A stretch of DNA of 64,000 nucleotides from Basidiobolus meristosporus CBS 931.73 (Eukaryota > Fungi > Basidiobolomycota): positions 62,001 through 126,000 of the forward strand of contig MCFE01000062.1 in assembly GCA_002104905.1 (NCBI GenBank), in the 5' to 3' direction. Of this stretch, positions 23,988 through 36,525 are shown one piece after another. A program made the translations under genes and the position numbers. The notes under the pieces were generated by a model. It worked only from the letters and a program-made list of their open reading frames with translations. It had not been told where the DNA came from and did not search any database. The number at the start of each line of letters is the position of its first letter. The stretch's first letter is position 1.

Positions 23988-25217
23988 TGTTGTAAGAGTC
24001 TTGGGATATTGGAAGTGATTTGGGAGGACAAGTAGATTACGTGGTTATCACCTAATGTTTTATTGAATGTAAAAGTAGTATTTATACTTTACATGGTTTT
24101 GGCATAACAAGCATGTAGAATAGGTTAAGGAAGGTCCCAATTACATGCATGCAAAGTTTGGGGCATTTGGACAACTTTGAGAATTTTCATGTTCTGGGTA
24201 CATGGTATTTTGGTGAAGATATTTCAACAGAATCCTGACAAGGGATTTGGTCACTATTCTCTTGGATTTGGAGGTAATGATCTAAGTGACTATGTTAGGT
24301 GAATATTTAGGTGGAATTATAAGCTTTTACAACACCCCCACTCAGCTAAATGTTCATACTGACTAGCCCTAATTTTGACCCAAGATATTTGAACTTGTCT
24401 CTAGCTGATGGTTTGGTAAATATCTCTGCAATCTTATCATCTGAAAGGCAGTAAACTAAGCTAACCAAGTTATTCTCTATAGCTTCACATATGAAATGAT
24501 GTCTAATATCTATGTGCTTAGCTCTAGCATGAAAAGTTGGATTTTTACCTAATTGTATACATCCTTGATTATCTTGAAATAAAGTAATAGGCATTTTTTA
24601 CACAGGCTTAAATCTGTAAAAAGCTTTCTTATTCACATTGCTTCTTTTGTAGGCTCACAGGCTGCTATATACTCTGCCTCTGTGGTAGAAAGCGCTGCAG
24701 TTGGTTGCTTTCTTGAATTCCATGAAATTGCTCCTTTTCAATAAAGAATGGTGTTTACTGTGGTGGAACTTCTGTCTTCCAAATTTTGTCCCCAATTAGC
24801 ATCAGAGTATCCTGCTAGATCCTGTTCTTAGTCCTTATAAGTCTATCCTAAGCAGATATCAGCAGTTCCTTTTAGGTATCTAGAAATCCGCTTAACTGCT
24901 GCAATATGATCAGATCTATAGTTCTGATTATGTTGGCTGACAACTCCCACTAAATATGAGATATCTGGACATGTTCCAAGCATGATATACATCAGACTGC
25001 CAACCATAGATTGATAAGGAAGCTCAGGGTTTCAGATGGCACCAAGCCCTCTTGATTTGTTTGAGTTTTGACCAAGACAAGGTTTACCTCCATCAGGGCA
25101 GCTGCCAGTTTACAGACTTCCATTTGGCACTTATTTAGTATATCTTGAATATGCTTGGATTGGCTAAGGGTGAGAGTCTGGGTACTTCTGTCTATGGAGA
25201 ACTTAATCCCTAAGTAA

Positions 25218-28200
25218 TAGACTTGTTCTGCTGGATAGTGCTACATAGTGCCAGCCTTTTTATAGTGCCAGATCAATCTGGCACTATCTTGCACTATGAT
25301 TTCTACTATCATGCCAGTGGTGGGATATAGTTACTGGTAACTTTACTCAATCTTACTTATGTTGCACAGAGTAGTGCTTTCCTTGCTTTATTTACTCTTC
25401 ACAATGCTCCAGACACATTTCTCTCAATGGATGTCTTCTTGTATGAATATACTGTGCATTGATAAGTACCTTAACTATTTTACCTATTCTGCTGCTTTCT
25501 CCTATACATGAATTTTCTCTGTTTTACCTGCCAATATGCTGAATCTCTTCAGATATCCAAATGTATGCTCTACCCTCACTCTAAATGATTAAATAACTCA
25601 TTGTAGAGCTTCTGCTTCCTGCTAAGCACACCATTCCTTAGCTTCCTATAAGCTGTAATACATCCTAATCTCTGATAATCCTCTCCTATGTAAGCTAAGT
25701 CTGCCATACATTTCTCCCCTTTACTGAATCTTGGATGATTCTCTACCCAGAGTGCTTTGTCATGCCTACTTCCAGCAAATGACCCACTGAATCAGATGAT
25801 GTTACCCTCAATGTCAGACAGTGCTTGAAACTTCACACAGTGTGCCTTGTGCTTGCCAGAATAAAAGTGCCTCTGCCCTCTGGAAGGTCTGTTAATCCTG
25901 ACTGGGAAGGTATCCAAAATACTTCTTATAGGGAACCTGTTGCTGAACACTCAGGGATATGGAAGTCTATTGGAGCTTCTGAACCTAGTGCTCCAAGCTT
26001 GCTCTAAGTCATTCATACCCTTTGCAAGGTGGTTATCCATTGCTGTCAGCTGGGAATAAAGCTCCTAGGACTTTTGTTGCCATGAATGGTGGGATGAAAC
26101 CTTGTAGAGCAAAAGTTTTTGTAATAGCAGAGAAGCACAACAAGAGATCTCCTTGAGTAGATTGGGGTTGATGGACCACAGTACCTGGTATAGATCTCCT
26201 CTAGTGTGTCAAAAGGAAATCCAGTGGTAGTGATGGGGTTGATGAGAAAAGACTGTTCAGATGAGTAAGTCATATTAAAATAGGTAAGGATTGGGCTGAG
26301 ATAATTTGATTTGATTTGGCGCAATAAGCTTTATTTATCTGATTTTTCATGCACTATGATTAGATCTCCATCAATTGCCATGTATCCCATCATTATGTTG
26401 CAAAAATCATCCTCAAACAATTACTGGGTATTTTTATTGATGTTTTACTCACAAGTCTAAAATCAAATAGGAAATCTGCAATTGATGTGATCTGATCCAT
26501 GTCAATGCAATCCAAGATGCATCATGCATAATATATGGCAAATTCAGCAATCACATTAGTTTTCATATATATTTCATGTAAGACCAGGCTGATGCCAATA
26601 CACCACTGTATAAGTATTCAAATCCGTCACTATGGTCCCATACCAAGTCTCAACTCTTCTTTAGTTCAACCCAGAAAAAACCCATCCCCCAGCTCACAAG
26701 CACAGTCTGAACCAGAAAAGGCAATGTTAGATCTGTTCAAGTTCTTGCCAAATGATTTCAGTATGGCCCCAGTGCTTATAATGGGCCTTTGTACAGATAT
26801 TTGGGCACTGCTCATTAATCTAGCAGAACTAGATACCTTGGAGAGTCAACAGAGATGGAAGAACCTGAGTAGAAAGCTGTGGCATGAGTTCTACATCAAG
26901 AAGCCAGCGGATGTATACAAGAAGATATATAACAAGACAAGTATTGAAATCCAGAATGAGCTGAGAGTGAGGGAATTTGATGAGGAAGCCGTGCAGGAAC
27001 AATTTTGCAACAATTTGCTCAGTACAGGCTGGACGCATCTGCTTGTGCCCTGACTTTTCAAACTAAAGAGATTTTGAATGAGTTTTTGCCTCAAATGACT
27101 AATGTATTATGTGATATATTAGTAGAGCTAAGTGGTTTCTAAGAGCAATATACACAGGACTCATCCAGGCAATAGTTGCAAAGTATTAGACAGAGGGCAA
27201 GTGAATACCTTGAGGAATCAGAAGGTGAGCTTCAAGAGGAAGAATACAGACTGCAAGCAACATTGTCTAGATTGTGCCAGCATGCCTTGCTGGATTGCTT
27301 ACCCTCCCTTGCAACTTCAGCATGCCGGTGCATGTCAATCCAGACTACGCTAACACCCTTCACAAGAGCACCTTGCATTGACTCAACATGTATTGGGTCA
27401 ACGCACACGCTTCAGAGCAAAACCACCAGAACCCGCTAAACTGCTCAAAAAGACACAAGTCCATTAGAGTGGGCTGAGTTGCGTCAACAAGCAGCATCAC
27501 ATTGAACTCAGCCAAGGGCCATGCCAGCACATCAAGTTGCATCTGCGTGTGCCATTACACCTAACCATCAGCAAGTTTCTTCTAGTGAACCAACTGATGA
27601 TGACCCATATGAAGTGCCTCAAGCACCAGAGCCTTTGGCAAGTAAAAGAATGCGTCAGCACATAGTACTGCAGGCCGGCTCAGTTGCATCATCCAGAGCA
27701 ATTCAGCTCAGCCAAGCTGCAGCATTGCACTCATTAACTAGGAGGCAAAATACTGACTACAAATACACAAGTAGCCAAGCGGATAGTCAACAAGAAAGTA
27801 GTTTAGGTGTGCAAAGTGAATCACTACCAAATGCTTCAGTAGTAATCCCTGCAAGAAAAAAGCCTAGGAGAAGATGATGCAACTGCATTGAATTGCTATT
27901 ATTTGTAATGATCCAAACAACACATTTTTTTTGCAATCCACATTAAGCCATTGCAAATTGGTGATCACTAAATTTTTGATTTAAGCAATATCAAGGTTGT
28001 CTCACATTGGAGACAGGACCCCTATAAATAAACACCCTGCATATGTATACATCATCTGTGGCACCAGTGTAGCCATTTGATCTGATTTGCACCCATACAG
28101 CTGGCTGTGTGCTAGCTATGGCACCTTGTCCAATCACTAGGATCAGGGATTTACTTGCTTAATGGGCAAAATGGGATATTTAGTGGCAAATCAGGTAGCT

Positions 28201-28620
28201 TGTGTATTGGTCAAAGACCCAATAGGGGGCTGAAAGATTCAGGATACTTTTGGACCAATTAACCACCTAAATACCATCCAATTGGAGTGATGGTAACCAA
28301 AATGGTAAGTATCAGTGTAGTTTATAGTGTGCTATGCATTTATTTCCATTTACATTAAAGAAACAAATCCAAATACTGGATTTTACCTACCATAATAGCT
28401 GTATCCAATTGTCACGTGATGCAAACATTATAAGTGGGCGCAATTGTTTGTCCCAACCTCATTGTGTCAGATTGTGCCATAGTGTGCAAGATTGTCCCAC
28501 ATGGTTCAAAATTGTTCAAGAGCAATCCTGCCTACTGGTAGCTACAATTTTGTGCCCAATCATTCTTAGACACTATGGATTGTGCCACACACCCTAGCAT
28601 GGTATAATGGAACAAGTCTA
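25218..28620. mobile_element. IS5/ISL2EU-like (PIF/Harbinger supergroup) DDE DNA transposon, 3.4 kb, decayed: transposase on - (~26324 to 25400), divergent ORF2 on + (~26720-27877)
   Basis: Perfect 11-bp TIR TAGACTTGTTC/GAACAAGTCTA and 4-bp TSD GTAA; removing it restores copia RT (ELSYLGIK). Hand translation: ILDTFPVRINRP..FYSGKHKAHCVKFQ..GSRHD..MADLAYIG..SRKQKLYN / RVRVEHTFGYLKRFSIL (DDE_Tnp_4-like). Confidence 0.88.
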
Positions 28621-29557
28621 GTAACTGAGCTCTCCTAGATCAGACATCTTGAACCCCTTAGATAGGCTGGATTTAGTCTATTTCAATGTTTCTATGTTAT
28701 TAGCAGCTATAATAAGATCATCCCCATACAGAGCTAATAAAGCTGAATTTGCTTTATCTGATTTATAGTATATACTACAGTCAGCATTACTCCTATTGAA
28801 ACTCAAAGACTCCAAACAAGAATATATCTTGCAATTCCAGGCTCTTGGTGATTGTTTGAGACCATAAAGAGATTTTTTAAGCTTGTAGGCCAAATGGGGG
28901 TTATCTTGGTCAGTAAACCCATCTGGCTAGTCCATATACACGTTCTCATCAAGTTCCCCATCAAAAATGCAGTTTTTACATCCATTTAATGTATAAAAAG
29001 CTTGTTTTTGGCTGCAATAGCCAATATCAATTGGATGGAATTAAACTTGGCTACAGGTGCAAAGGTCTCAGTATAGCCAAGTCCTTTTTTCTGAGAGTAT
29101 CCTTTGGCCACAAGTCTTGCTTTGTATCTATCAATTGAACCATCAACCTAGTGTATTGTCTTAAAGATTCATCTGCATGTAATTGATTTTTGGTTAATTG
29201 GTAACATGACTAAGTCCAAAGTTTGATTTTCCCTCAGGGTCTGGTATTCATCAGTCATTGCAGATCTGCAAAACTTTTTCTGAAGGCTATTTGGGGCCTC
29301 ATTTACAGTCTGGGGCTTATCAATATGGACTGAATAGGCATAGGGTAAGTTAGTACCCTCATTGATATAGTAATTTGGGTTGTTTCTGGTCCGGTTGAGT
29401 CTCCTGGCATCTGATACTAGATCAGTCACTTCTGGGATATTCCTGGGCACTGCTTCATACTGAACCACAGTTGTAGAGTCCTCTGGAGTGAAAAATTCAT
29501 TGTTATGCTCTGATTCAATTCTGACAATTGGTGGACTTGAGATCAGATTTTTGTCAT

Positions 29558-30293
29558 TAGACTTGTTTGGTTGGAGAGTGCCACATTGAGCCATTAGTGC
29601 CAAATGATGCCATAGTGTGCCAGAGAGGTCAAGTGAGCCTATACTTGGCCACAGAGTGTGAAACATAGCTCCGCATCTTCATGTAAAGCAGCCCCTGTGT
29701 TTCACCTATTGCGCAGGAGAAAATCCATTTTTTGACCTTTTTTTGTGGATCAATGTAGCTCAGGATGTGTAAGAGCACAAGCAGATTGAAGATATGCATC
29801 TGGTACTCAATACCCATGGCACTTGGAATCTAGCTCCTGTAGCTTGTATCATGTCACAAAAATGAATGGCACTATCTTGGTCCACTGGTACTATCTGGCA
29901 CTATAAGTGCTTTGTATAGATCTTACTTTAGGGCTAATATTTAAATATAGCGCCAGATAGTACCAGTGGACCAAGATAGTGCCATTCATTTTTGTGACAT
30001 GATACAAGCTACAGGAGCTAGATTCAGAGTGCCATGGGTATTGAGTACCAGATGCATATCTTCAATCTGCTTGTGATCTAACACATCATGAGCTACATTG
30101 ATCCAAAAAAAAAGGTCAAAACATGGATTTTCTCCAACACAATGGGTGAAACATAGGGGCTGCTTTGCATGAAGACGCGGAGCTATGTTTCACACTCTGT
30201 GGCCAGGTAGAGGCTCAATTGGCCTCTCTGGCACACTATGGCATTATTTGGCACTCATGGCTCAATGTGGCACTATCCAACGGAACAAGTCTA
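29558..30293. mobile_element. 736-bp fold-back MITE with ~348-bp inverted arms, sharing the termini of the 25218-28620 transposon
   Basis: 29558-29905 is the reverse complement of 29946-30293 (40-bp spacer); ends TAGACTTGTT..GAACAAGTCTA; flanks TCAT/TTAT; interrupts copia sequence that is contiguous at ~19262-19290. Confidence 0.9.
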
Positions 30294-30788
30294 TTATCTG
30301 ATGTCATTTTTTGTGAAAATTTTAAATTTTCATCAGGTAACTCATCCCTGGACTTGATCAGCTTCTTTGCTTTGGTATAGTAGAGTCTGTATGCCCTACT
30401 CTCTTTGCAGTAGCCCAGAAATATACATTTTGCACTTTTTGGCTCAAATTTTGACTAATTTCTGGGCAGTTTCTTGGCATATGCGGTAGACCAAAATATT
30501 CTTAGATGTTCTGCACTTGGTCTGTACCCACACTGTGCTTCAAACAGATTAGAATCACAAAGTATTCTGTTATAACTCCTATTTTTAAGGTATACAGTTG
30601 TGGCAACTGATTCCACCTAAAAATTATAGGACAATTTTTGATCATGGATCATCAATCCTACCATATCAATAATTGATCTGTTTGCATGTTCTGCTACTCC
30701 ATTTTGCTGTGGGGAGTATGGCACAGTAGTCTGCTGCTTCATCCCGTGATTTTGCAGAACTGGATGAAGAGTTTTGAGTTATATTCTC

Positions 30789-31334
30789 TGTTTTGATCAC
30801 ATGACATCCCTTGTCTCCAGATATCAAGCCAATTCAAGTCAGTGAAGAGATCCCAGTTCCTTCTAGAAAGTTCTACTACATTCTACCAACTTCTTAAATG
30901 CTCTGAGTTAATGTTACACAATGGAACATTCTATGGAAGCTTCCCATTGAGATTTATGTAGCCCCATGCCATATATGGCAACTACATGTCACATGACCTA
31001 GTCACATGATCAGCTGACCCCTGACATATTTCCATTTGATTTTCCAGTCTGTTCCTTAGTATATTCTATCTTGGCACACTTACTGTGCCTCACCCTAGAA
31101 CTCCATCAGTGTTAGCCAATATCTCTTGGCATCCATATTGCCAAAAGGTATATATAGTCCTATCCCCCTTTATGTATTCCTGAGTTGGATCAACACAGGT
31201 CTTGAATAAACAGCCTTGCTTTGGAAATGTGCCTTCCCTTGGAAACATGCCATGTCTTATTGATCCATACCTAAGTACTTTCCTGGTCCTGCCTTGCCTA
31301 GCTCTACTCTCCTGCCTTGTGTCTATTCATAACA
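30789..31334 (+). mobile_element. Solo LTR of the chromovirus family (family D) inserted in the copia integrase
   Basis: TG..CA ends; perfect 5-bp TSD TTCTC (30784-30788 and 31335-31339); homologous to LTR 43576-44103. Confidence 0.88.
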
Positions 31335-34300
31335 TTCTCCACCATTGTCAGAGCATATTTTCTTGATTTTTTCACCAGTTTTGTTCTCCACTGTGGCTTT
31401 GAACTCCCTAAACTTAGACAGAGCTTATTACTTTCTCTCCAAGAAGTAAACCCATATGTATCTTGTATAATCATCTACAATAGTGATTAAATACTACATC
31501 CTGCCTAAGGATAAAGTTTGCATAGGTGCACACAGATCTGAGTAAATTAGATCTAATTGTTTCTTAGTTTTGATGAACCCAGAGCTCCTGAACAGCTGTC
31601 TGTCTTGTTTCCCATACATGTAGGCTTTGCAGTGCTCCAAATTAGCAGGGGGATCAACTTTTACTCCAGAAATTACCTGATCTTTGCTCATTTTGCACAA
31701 ATAATTAAAATTGATGAGTCCAAATCTCCTATGACAAAGCATTGGTATTTCTTCATTTAAGTTACTCACATTGGCTTCCAGATATGATGAAATATAAGTT
31801 AACTTGGATATATCTTGATCTCTGATACTCAAAGCAATATGAGCAACAGTTTGATCAGTGATTCTGCATCCAGAATTGTCAAAGCTGAAACTAGGTCCTT
31901 CTGCTGTAGCCTTGCTTACAGAGAGTAGGTTCTTGGCTATCACTGGTACATAGAGTACTTCTTTAAAAGGCAGTGTCTGCTTCCTTCACTGCTTCTAAGC
32001 CTTACTTGAATAGTTTCTTCTCACACTGCATCAAGTGTTCTATTGTCACCCATGAAAACCTTCTTAATTGGAATTTCTTGATATTGGGTAAAAAGCTCTT
32101 TTTGGTGTGTACAGTGTTGAGATACTCCAGAGTCAATACACCATATCTGAGAATCCTTGTTTGTAGTCATATTCAGTGCAGATATGATTAGTCTATCTTT
32201 CATTATCTCTCTTTTTGAGACACTGGTCAGATGTGTGCCCTTTGCTTTTGCATTAGTTGCAAAACAAGTTGGTGTTGCCTATGTAGGGTCTTGTATACAT
32301 CCTTTGTTGGTTATCACTGCTTTTTAAAGCATTTTCTTTCTTCTTTTTATAGGTGCTTGATTTTCTTAATCCTTCATCCAGCAGCCTTCCATATATGTAG
32401 TTTAAGGTGAAATTTTCAGTTCTGGACTCTAAGGAAGATACAATGCCCCAAAACTTGTCTGTCAGGCTATCTAGGATGGTGACTATCATATCCTCATCAG
32501 TAGTTGGTACACCTACAGATGCCATTTCATCTAATAGCAGGGTAAGTCTGTTAATTAGATTTTTCATTTCTTCTCCTTGCTGCTTCTTTGTAGTAAAGAG
32601 TTTTTGTCTCAAATACATTTTCCTAGCAGCTGAAAATGCCTGGTAGGTGTCTTCTAATGCCTTCCAGGCATTCTTTGCTGTTTTTGTTCTTGAGCATTGA
32701 ATTAGCAACTTAACTTTAACATAAAGGCAAATACAGTTAAAGGCACTTTGTTCTTTCTTCTGGTACTTTAAGGCTTCCTCTCCCAAGCTTATAGGAGGGC
32801 ATTCTTCTCCCATGACAATATCCCAAAGTCCACTTTCTTGTAGCAGCATTGTCATCTTCACCTTCCACACTTGGTGGTTAGATCCATCCTAATTTTCAGC
32901 AGAGGGAAAAATTCCAGCAATAGGAGTTGTAGACATTGCCAAGAGTGACAACTTGGGCCTCATCACCTGTTGTAAGAGTCTTGGAGATATTGGAAGTGAT
33001 TTGGGAGGACAAGTAGATTGTGTGGTTTTCACTTAATGTTTTATTGAATGTAAAAGTACTATCTATATTTTTACATGGTGTTGGCATTAAAAACACATAG
33101 AATAGGCTAAGGAAGGTCCCAAGAACATGTGTGCAAAGTTTGGGGCTGTTTGACAACTTTGAGAATTTTCATGTTCTGGGTACCTGGTATTTTGATTATA
33201 ATATTCCAAGTAAATCCCAACAAAAAATTTAGTCAGTATTCACTAGGAGCTGAAGGTAATTATATAAGTGACTACGCTAGGTGAATATTTAGGAGAAATT
33301 ACAAATTTTTGCAACACAAGAGGCTGCCAGATGTCCAGCATGTCTTCACCTCAAGGCCAGCATACCATAGGGCCATCAGGAACTCAAGGCCAAGAAGAAT
33401 GCACTTGACTAATTCCATGAGCATTATCCTGGATTCAAATGGGCAAATGAATTTTGGGCTGGCATTGGTATGCTAAGAAAGTATCTTAAGAATAGCCGAG
33501 ACTATCAAAGGCAGAAGAACAAGGGTGCCATGGCTAAAAACCTGTGGCTTCCTCAAGAGCTTGTTACAAGCAGGGCCAAAAGCTCCAGACAAGCATCAAA
33601 GATACATCTGGTAGCTGTAAGAGTGCCAATTAGGGACACACAGGCAGACATGGATGCACAAGCACAACATTTATCAAGGAAAAAGCGTAGTACCACTCAA
33701 GTAGCACTCAATCAAAGTTGTAGTGAAGGACCTGGTAGTGATAAAAACCTGCAGCTTTTGCAGGAGCCTGTCACAACTACAGCTGATAGCTCATAACAAG
33801 CAGGAAAGAGACGTCAGGTAGCCAGAAGAGTGCCCGCAAGAGACAAGCAAGCCAAAACAGCTGCGTTGTAGCAGAATTCATCAAGGAAAAATTGTAGTTC
33901 ATTACAAGAAGCACTCAGACAAAGTAGCAGTAAAAGAGCTGGCAGTGATAAAGGAAAAGGTAAATGAAAAGGTGTCTACCCAGGCCTGAGACAGGGAGTT
34001 ATACAAGAAAACTGCAGTTGCAATTGATAGTGCCAATTACAAGAAACTATCAAAGAGTGAAAAGTCCAGACATCAACAAGCCAACCTCTGTCTATACTGT
34101 GGCCAACCAGGTCACTTTGCCAAGTCCTGCCCAACAAGAAGTCCAGCTTCAAGCTGATGCAGTCCTCCAGTAGCCAACCTGATTCAGATCTGTTGGGAAA
34201 CTCCAATGTCCAGTTGCACTGACAGGCTTGCAACTGGACCCACCCATGAAAATCCAACATATCCAAGAATCTTCCTTTGTCACAAAACCTATCCAGTCCT

Positions 34301-35281
34301 TGAGAATGCCTGTTAAGATCCAGATCCCTGACTCCAGTCCTATCCCAGTCCTGGCCCTGATTGATTCCGGAGCTTCATCCTGTTTCATTGACCAAGCCTT
34401 TGTCCAGAAGCACTCTATTCCTGTTACCTTGAAATCCTGTCCAGTCCAAGTAGAAGTTATTGATGGAAGATCACTCTCCTCTGGTGCCATTACCCATGAA
34501 ACATGCTTACTCCAGCTGTCCAGTACTGCTCACCAAGAAAGAATTGCCTTCAACATCATCAACTCCATGCAATCTCCAGACCCTGATAACCATGAAAAGA
34601 CTGTTGCCAACAGTTCAACAGCCCAAGATACCTTGCCAGCTGAAGGAGCCCCCTCAGCAACTATACCAGCCAAGTACCAAGAGTTTGCCCATGTCTTTGA
34701 CAAGAAGAAAGCAGAACTCCTCCCTGACCATTGGCCTTACAACTGCCCTGTTGACCTTGAAGATGGAAAAGTCCCTCCATTTGGCCCAATATATAACCTC
34801 TCCCAACCAGAGTTGAAATAACTCCATGGTTATATTCAAGAAAACCTCCAGAAGGGTTTTATTCAGCACTCCAAATCACCTGCTGGAGCCCCAGTCCTCT
34901 TTGTCAAGAAGAAGAATGGTACCCTCTGAATGTGTGTGGACTACCGTGCTTTGAATAAGATAACAGCCAAGAACCGCTACCCCCTGCCCCTGATCAACAC
35001 ACTGTTGGACCAGCTATCTGCTGCCCAAGTCTTCACCAAGATAGACTTGAGAGGAGCTTACAATCTAGTCAGAATCAAGCCTGGTCATGAATGGAAAACT
35101 GCCTTTTGCACAAGATATGGTCACTTTGAGTACAAAGTAATGCCATTTGGCTTCACCAATGCCTCTGCTGTGTTTCAACACCTCATGAATGACATATTCT
35201 GTGAATACCTTGACCAGCTTGTGGTAATCCACCTTGATGATATTTTCATATACTCCAAGAGCCAAGATGAACATGATGAAC

Positions 35282-36525
35282 TGTGGTAATGGAAAGTATT
35301 CCATTACTACAGTATTTCTAAACCAATGTTGCACTCATTTCTTTATTTTGCTTTTTGCTATCGTAACACACAAGAGAAAGATCAAGAATTTCCAACTTTG
35401 AAGAGCAAATGCTCCAGACCCTGACAAGCAATCCACCCAAGAATATTATGTCATACAGAACATGTAGTAGCCAACACATGTTTCAAATTACAGCTCATTT
35501 GAAAGCAGTACTTAAGGAGTTATGACCAAAAGAGTCCAACTATTATATATACTATGCCTTATTGCTAGGATTACTATGGTGACTTTGATTGCGTGTAACA
35601 TTTGAACCAGCCAATCAAATCACGTGAAATTTTCACAGGTGCTGCGCCTATGTCCGATCTGCGCCACTGCAAAATTTTAGCTTTGTATCACGTGTATTGC
35701 TTGCGCAATCGCCCAAAAACTTTGATCCTTCAAAATTTTCATATATATGACTTCCCCAGCTGAAAAATAAAGGGAGAGCCTCTCTTTCCAGAATCTCCAC
35801 ACTACAATTACAAGTTTAAAGGTTATAAGACTTCCCCTGCATCACTTGCACTGTTGAGTATTCTGACTTTGATCGGTACTACATCAGTGAAGAGACTGCA
35901 AAGCTCACAAGAATCCAATCTAAGTTCTACAAGAAACTACCACTTTTCTGTTGGAAAAGTCCCCTCTAAGAAACCCCTTTACTCTAAAGACACCCCTTTA
36001 CACACCCCTTTAGTCTAAAGATCCCTTTAGAGACCCCTTAAAGAAACCCCTTTACTCTAAAGAAGCCCCTTTAGGCACCCCTTTAGTGTAAAGTCCACTT
36101 TAGAGACCACTACAAGAAGCCCCTTTACTCTAAAGACACCCCTTTAGACACCACTTTAGGTCTAAAGACCCCTTTAGAGACTTCTACAACACACCCCATT
36201 AGGTTAAAGGGGAGTTCACAATTTCCATATTAGGAAATATTTTCTCAGAAAGGAAAGTGACTTCCAAATAAGGAAAAGTTACTATAAAAGTAAATAAGCC
36301 CATTAGTCAACAGAAGGTCAGAACACTGCTGTAGAAGTGATAAACACTGCCTACAGTATATTTTGAGCCCAAGATTGAGGAAATTAGTGAAAGTTATATC
36401 TTCTATTGGTATATCAAACTCCCAATAAACTATTTCAGTATTAGCATACTGGAAGTTGTTGTATATTGTTGATTAGCCTCTACATTGTAGAATAAGCCCC
36501 AAACTAATCATAATACATCACAACA
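35282..36525. mobile_element. 1244-bp non-coding TG..CA element (family F; probable solo LTR) inserted in the chromovirus RT
   Basis: 4-bp TSD GAAC (35278-35281 and 36526-36529); excision restores EHDEHVKKVL; termini TGTGGTAATG/CATCACAACA; second copy at 61807-62982. Confidence 0.85.
35965..36205. repeat. Tandem array of ACCCCTTTA(c/g)TCTAAAGA-type units inside family F (shorter array at ~62490-62650)
   Basis: Repeated CCCCTTTA and CTAAAG words; units contain CTTTA(g/c)-n-CTAAAG mini-palindromes. Confidence 0.85.

Larger units (their letters stand above)
23988..33316 (-). pseudogene. Full-span decayed Ty1/copia element (5' LTR 32968-33316, 3' LTR 23988-24334) with three nested insertions
   Basis: Two ~347-bp TG..CA LTRs; PBS GGTGATGAGGCCC after the 5' LTR; PPT GAGTGGGGG before the 3' LTR; order gag (32253-32870), protease (WCIDSG), integrase, RT, RNase H (KHIDIRHHF; 24346-24594). 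The element sits inside CACTA ORF2 and its TSD is degraded (CCAAA/CAAGA). Confidence 0.9.

Noticed and set aside
35965-36205. CRISPR-like array
   Set aside because: No unique spacers of constant length, no cas genes, eukaryotic context; it is an internal TE tandem repeat.
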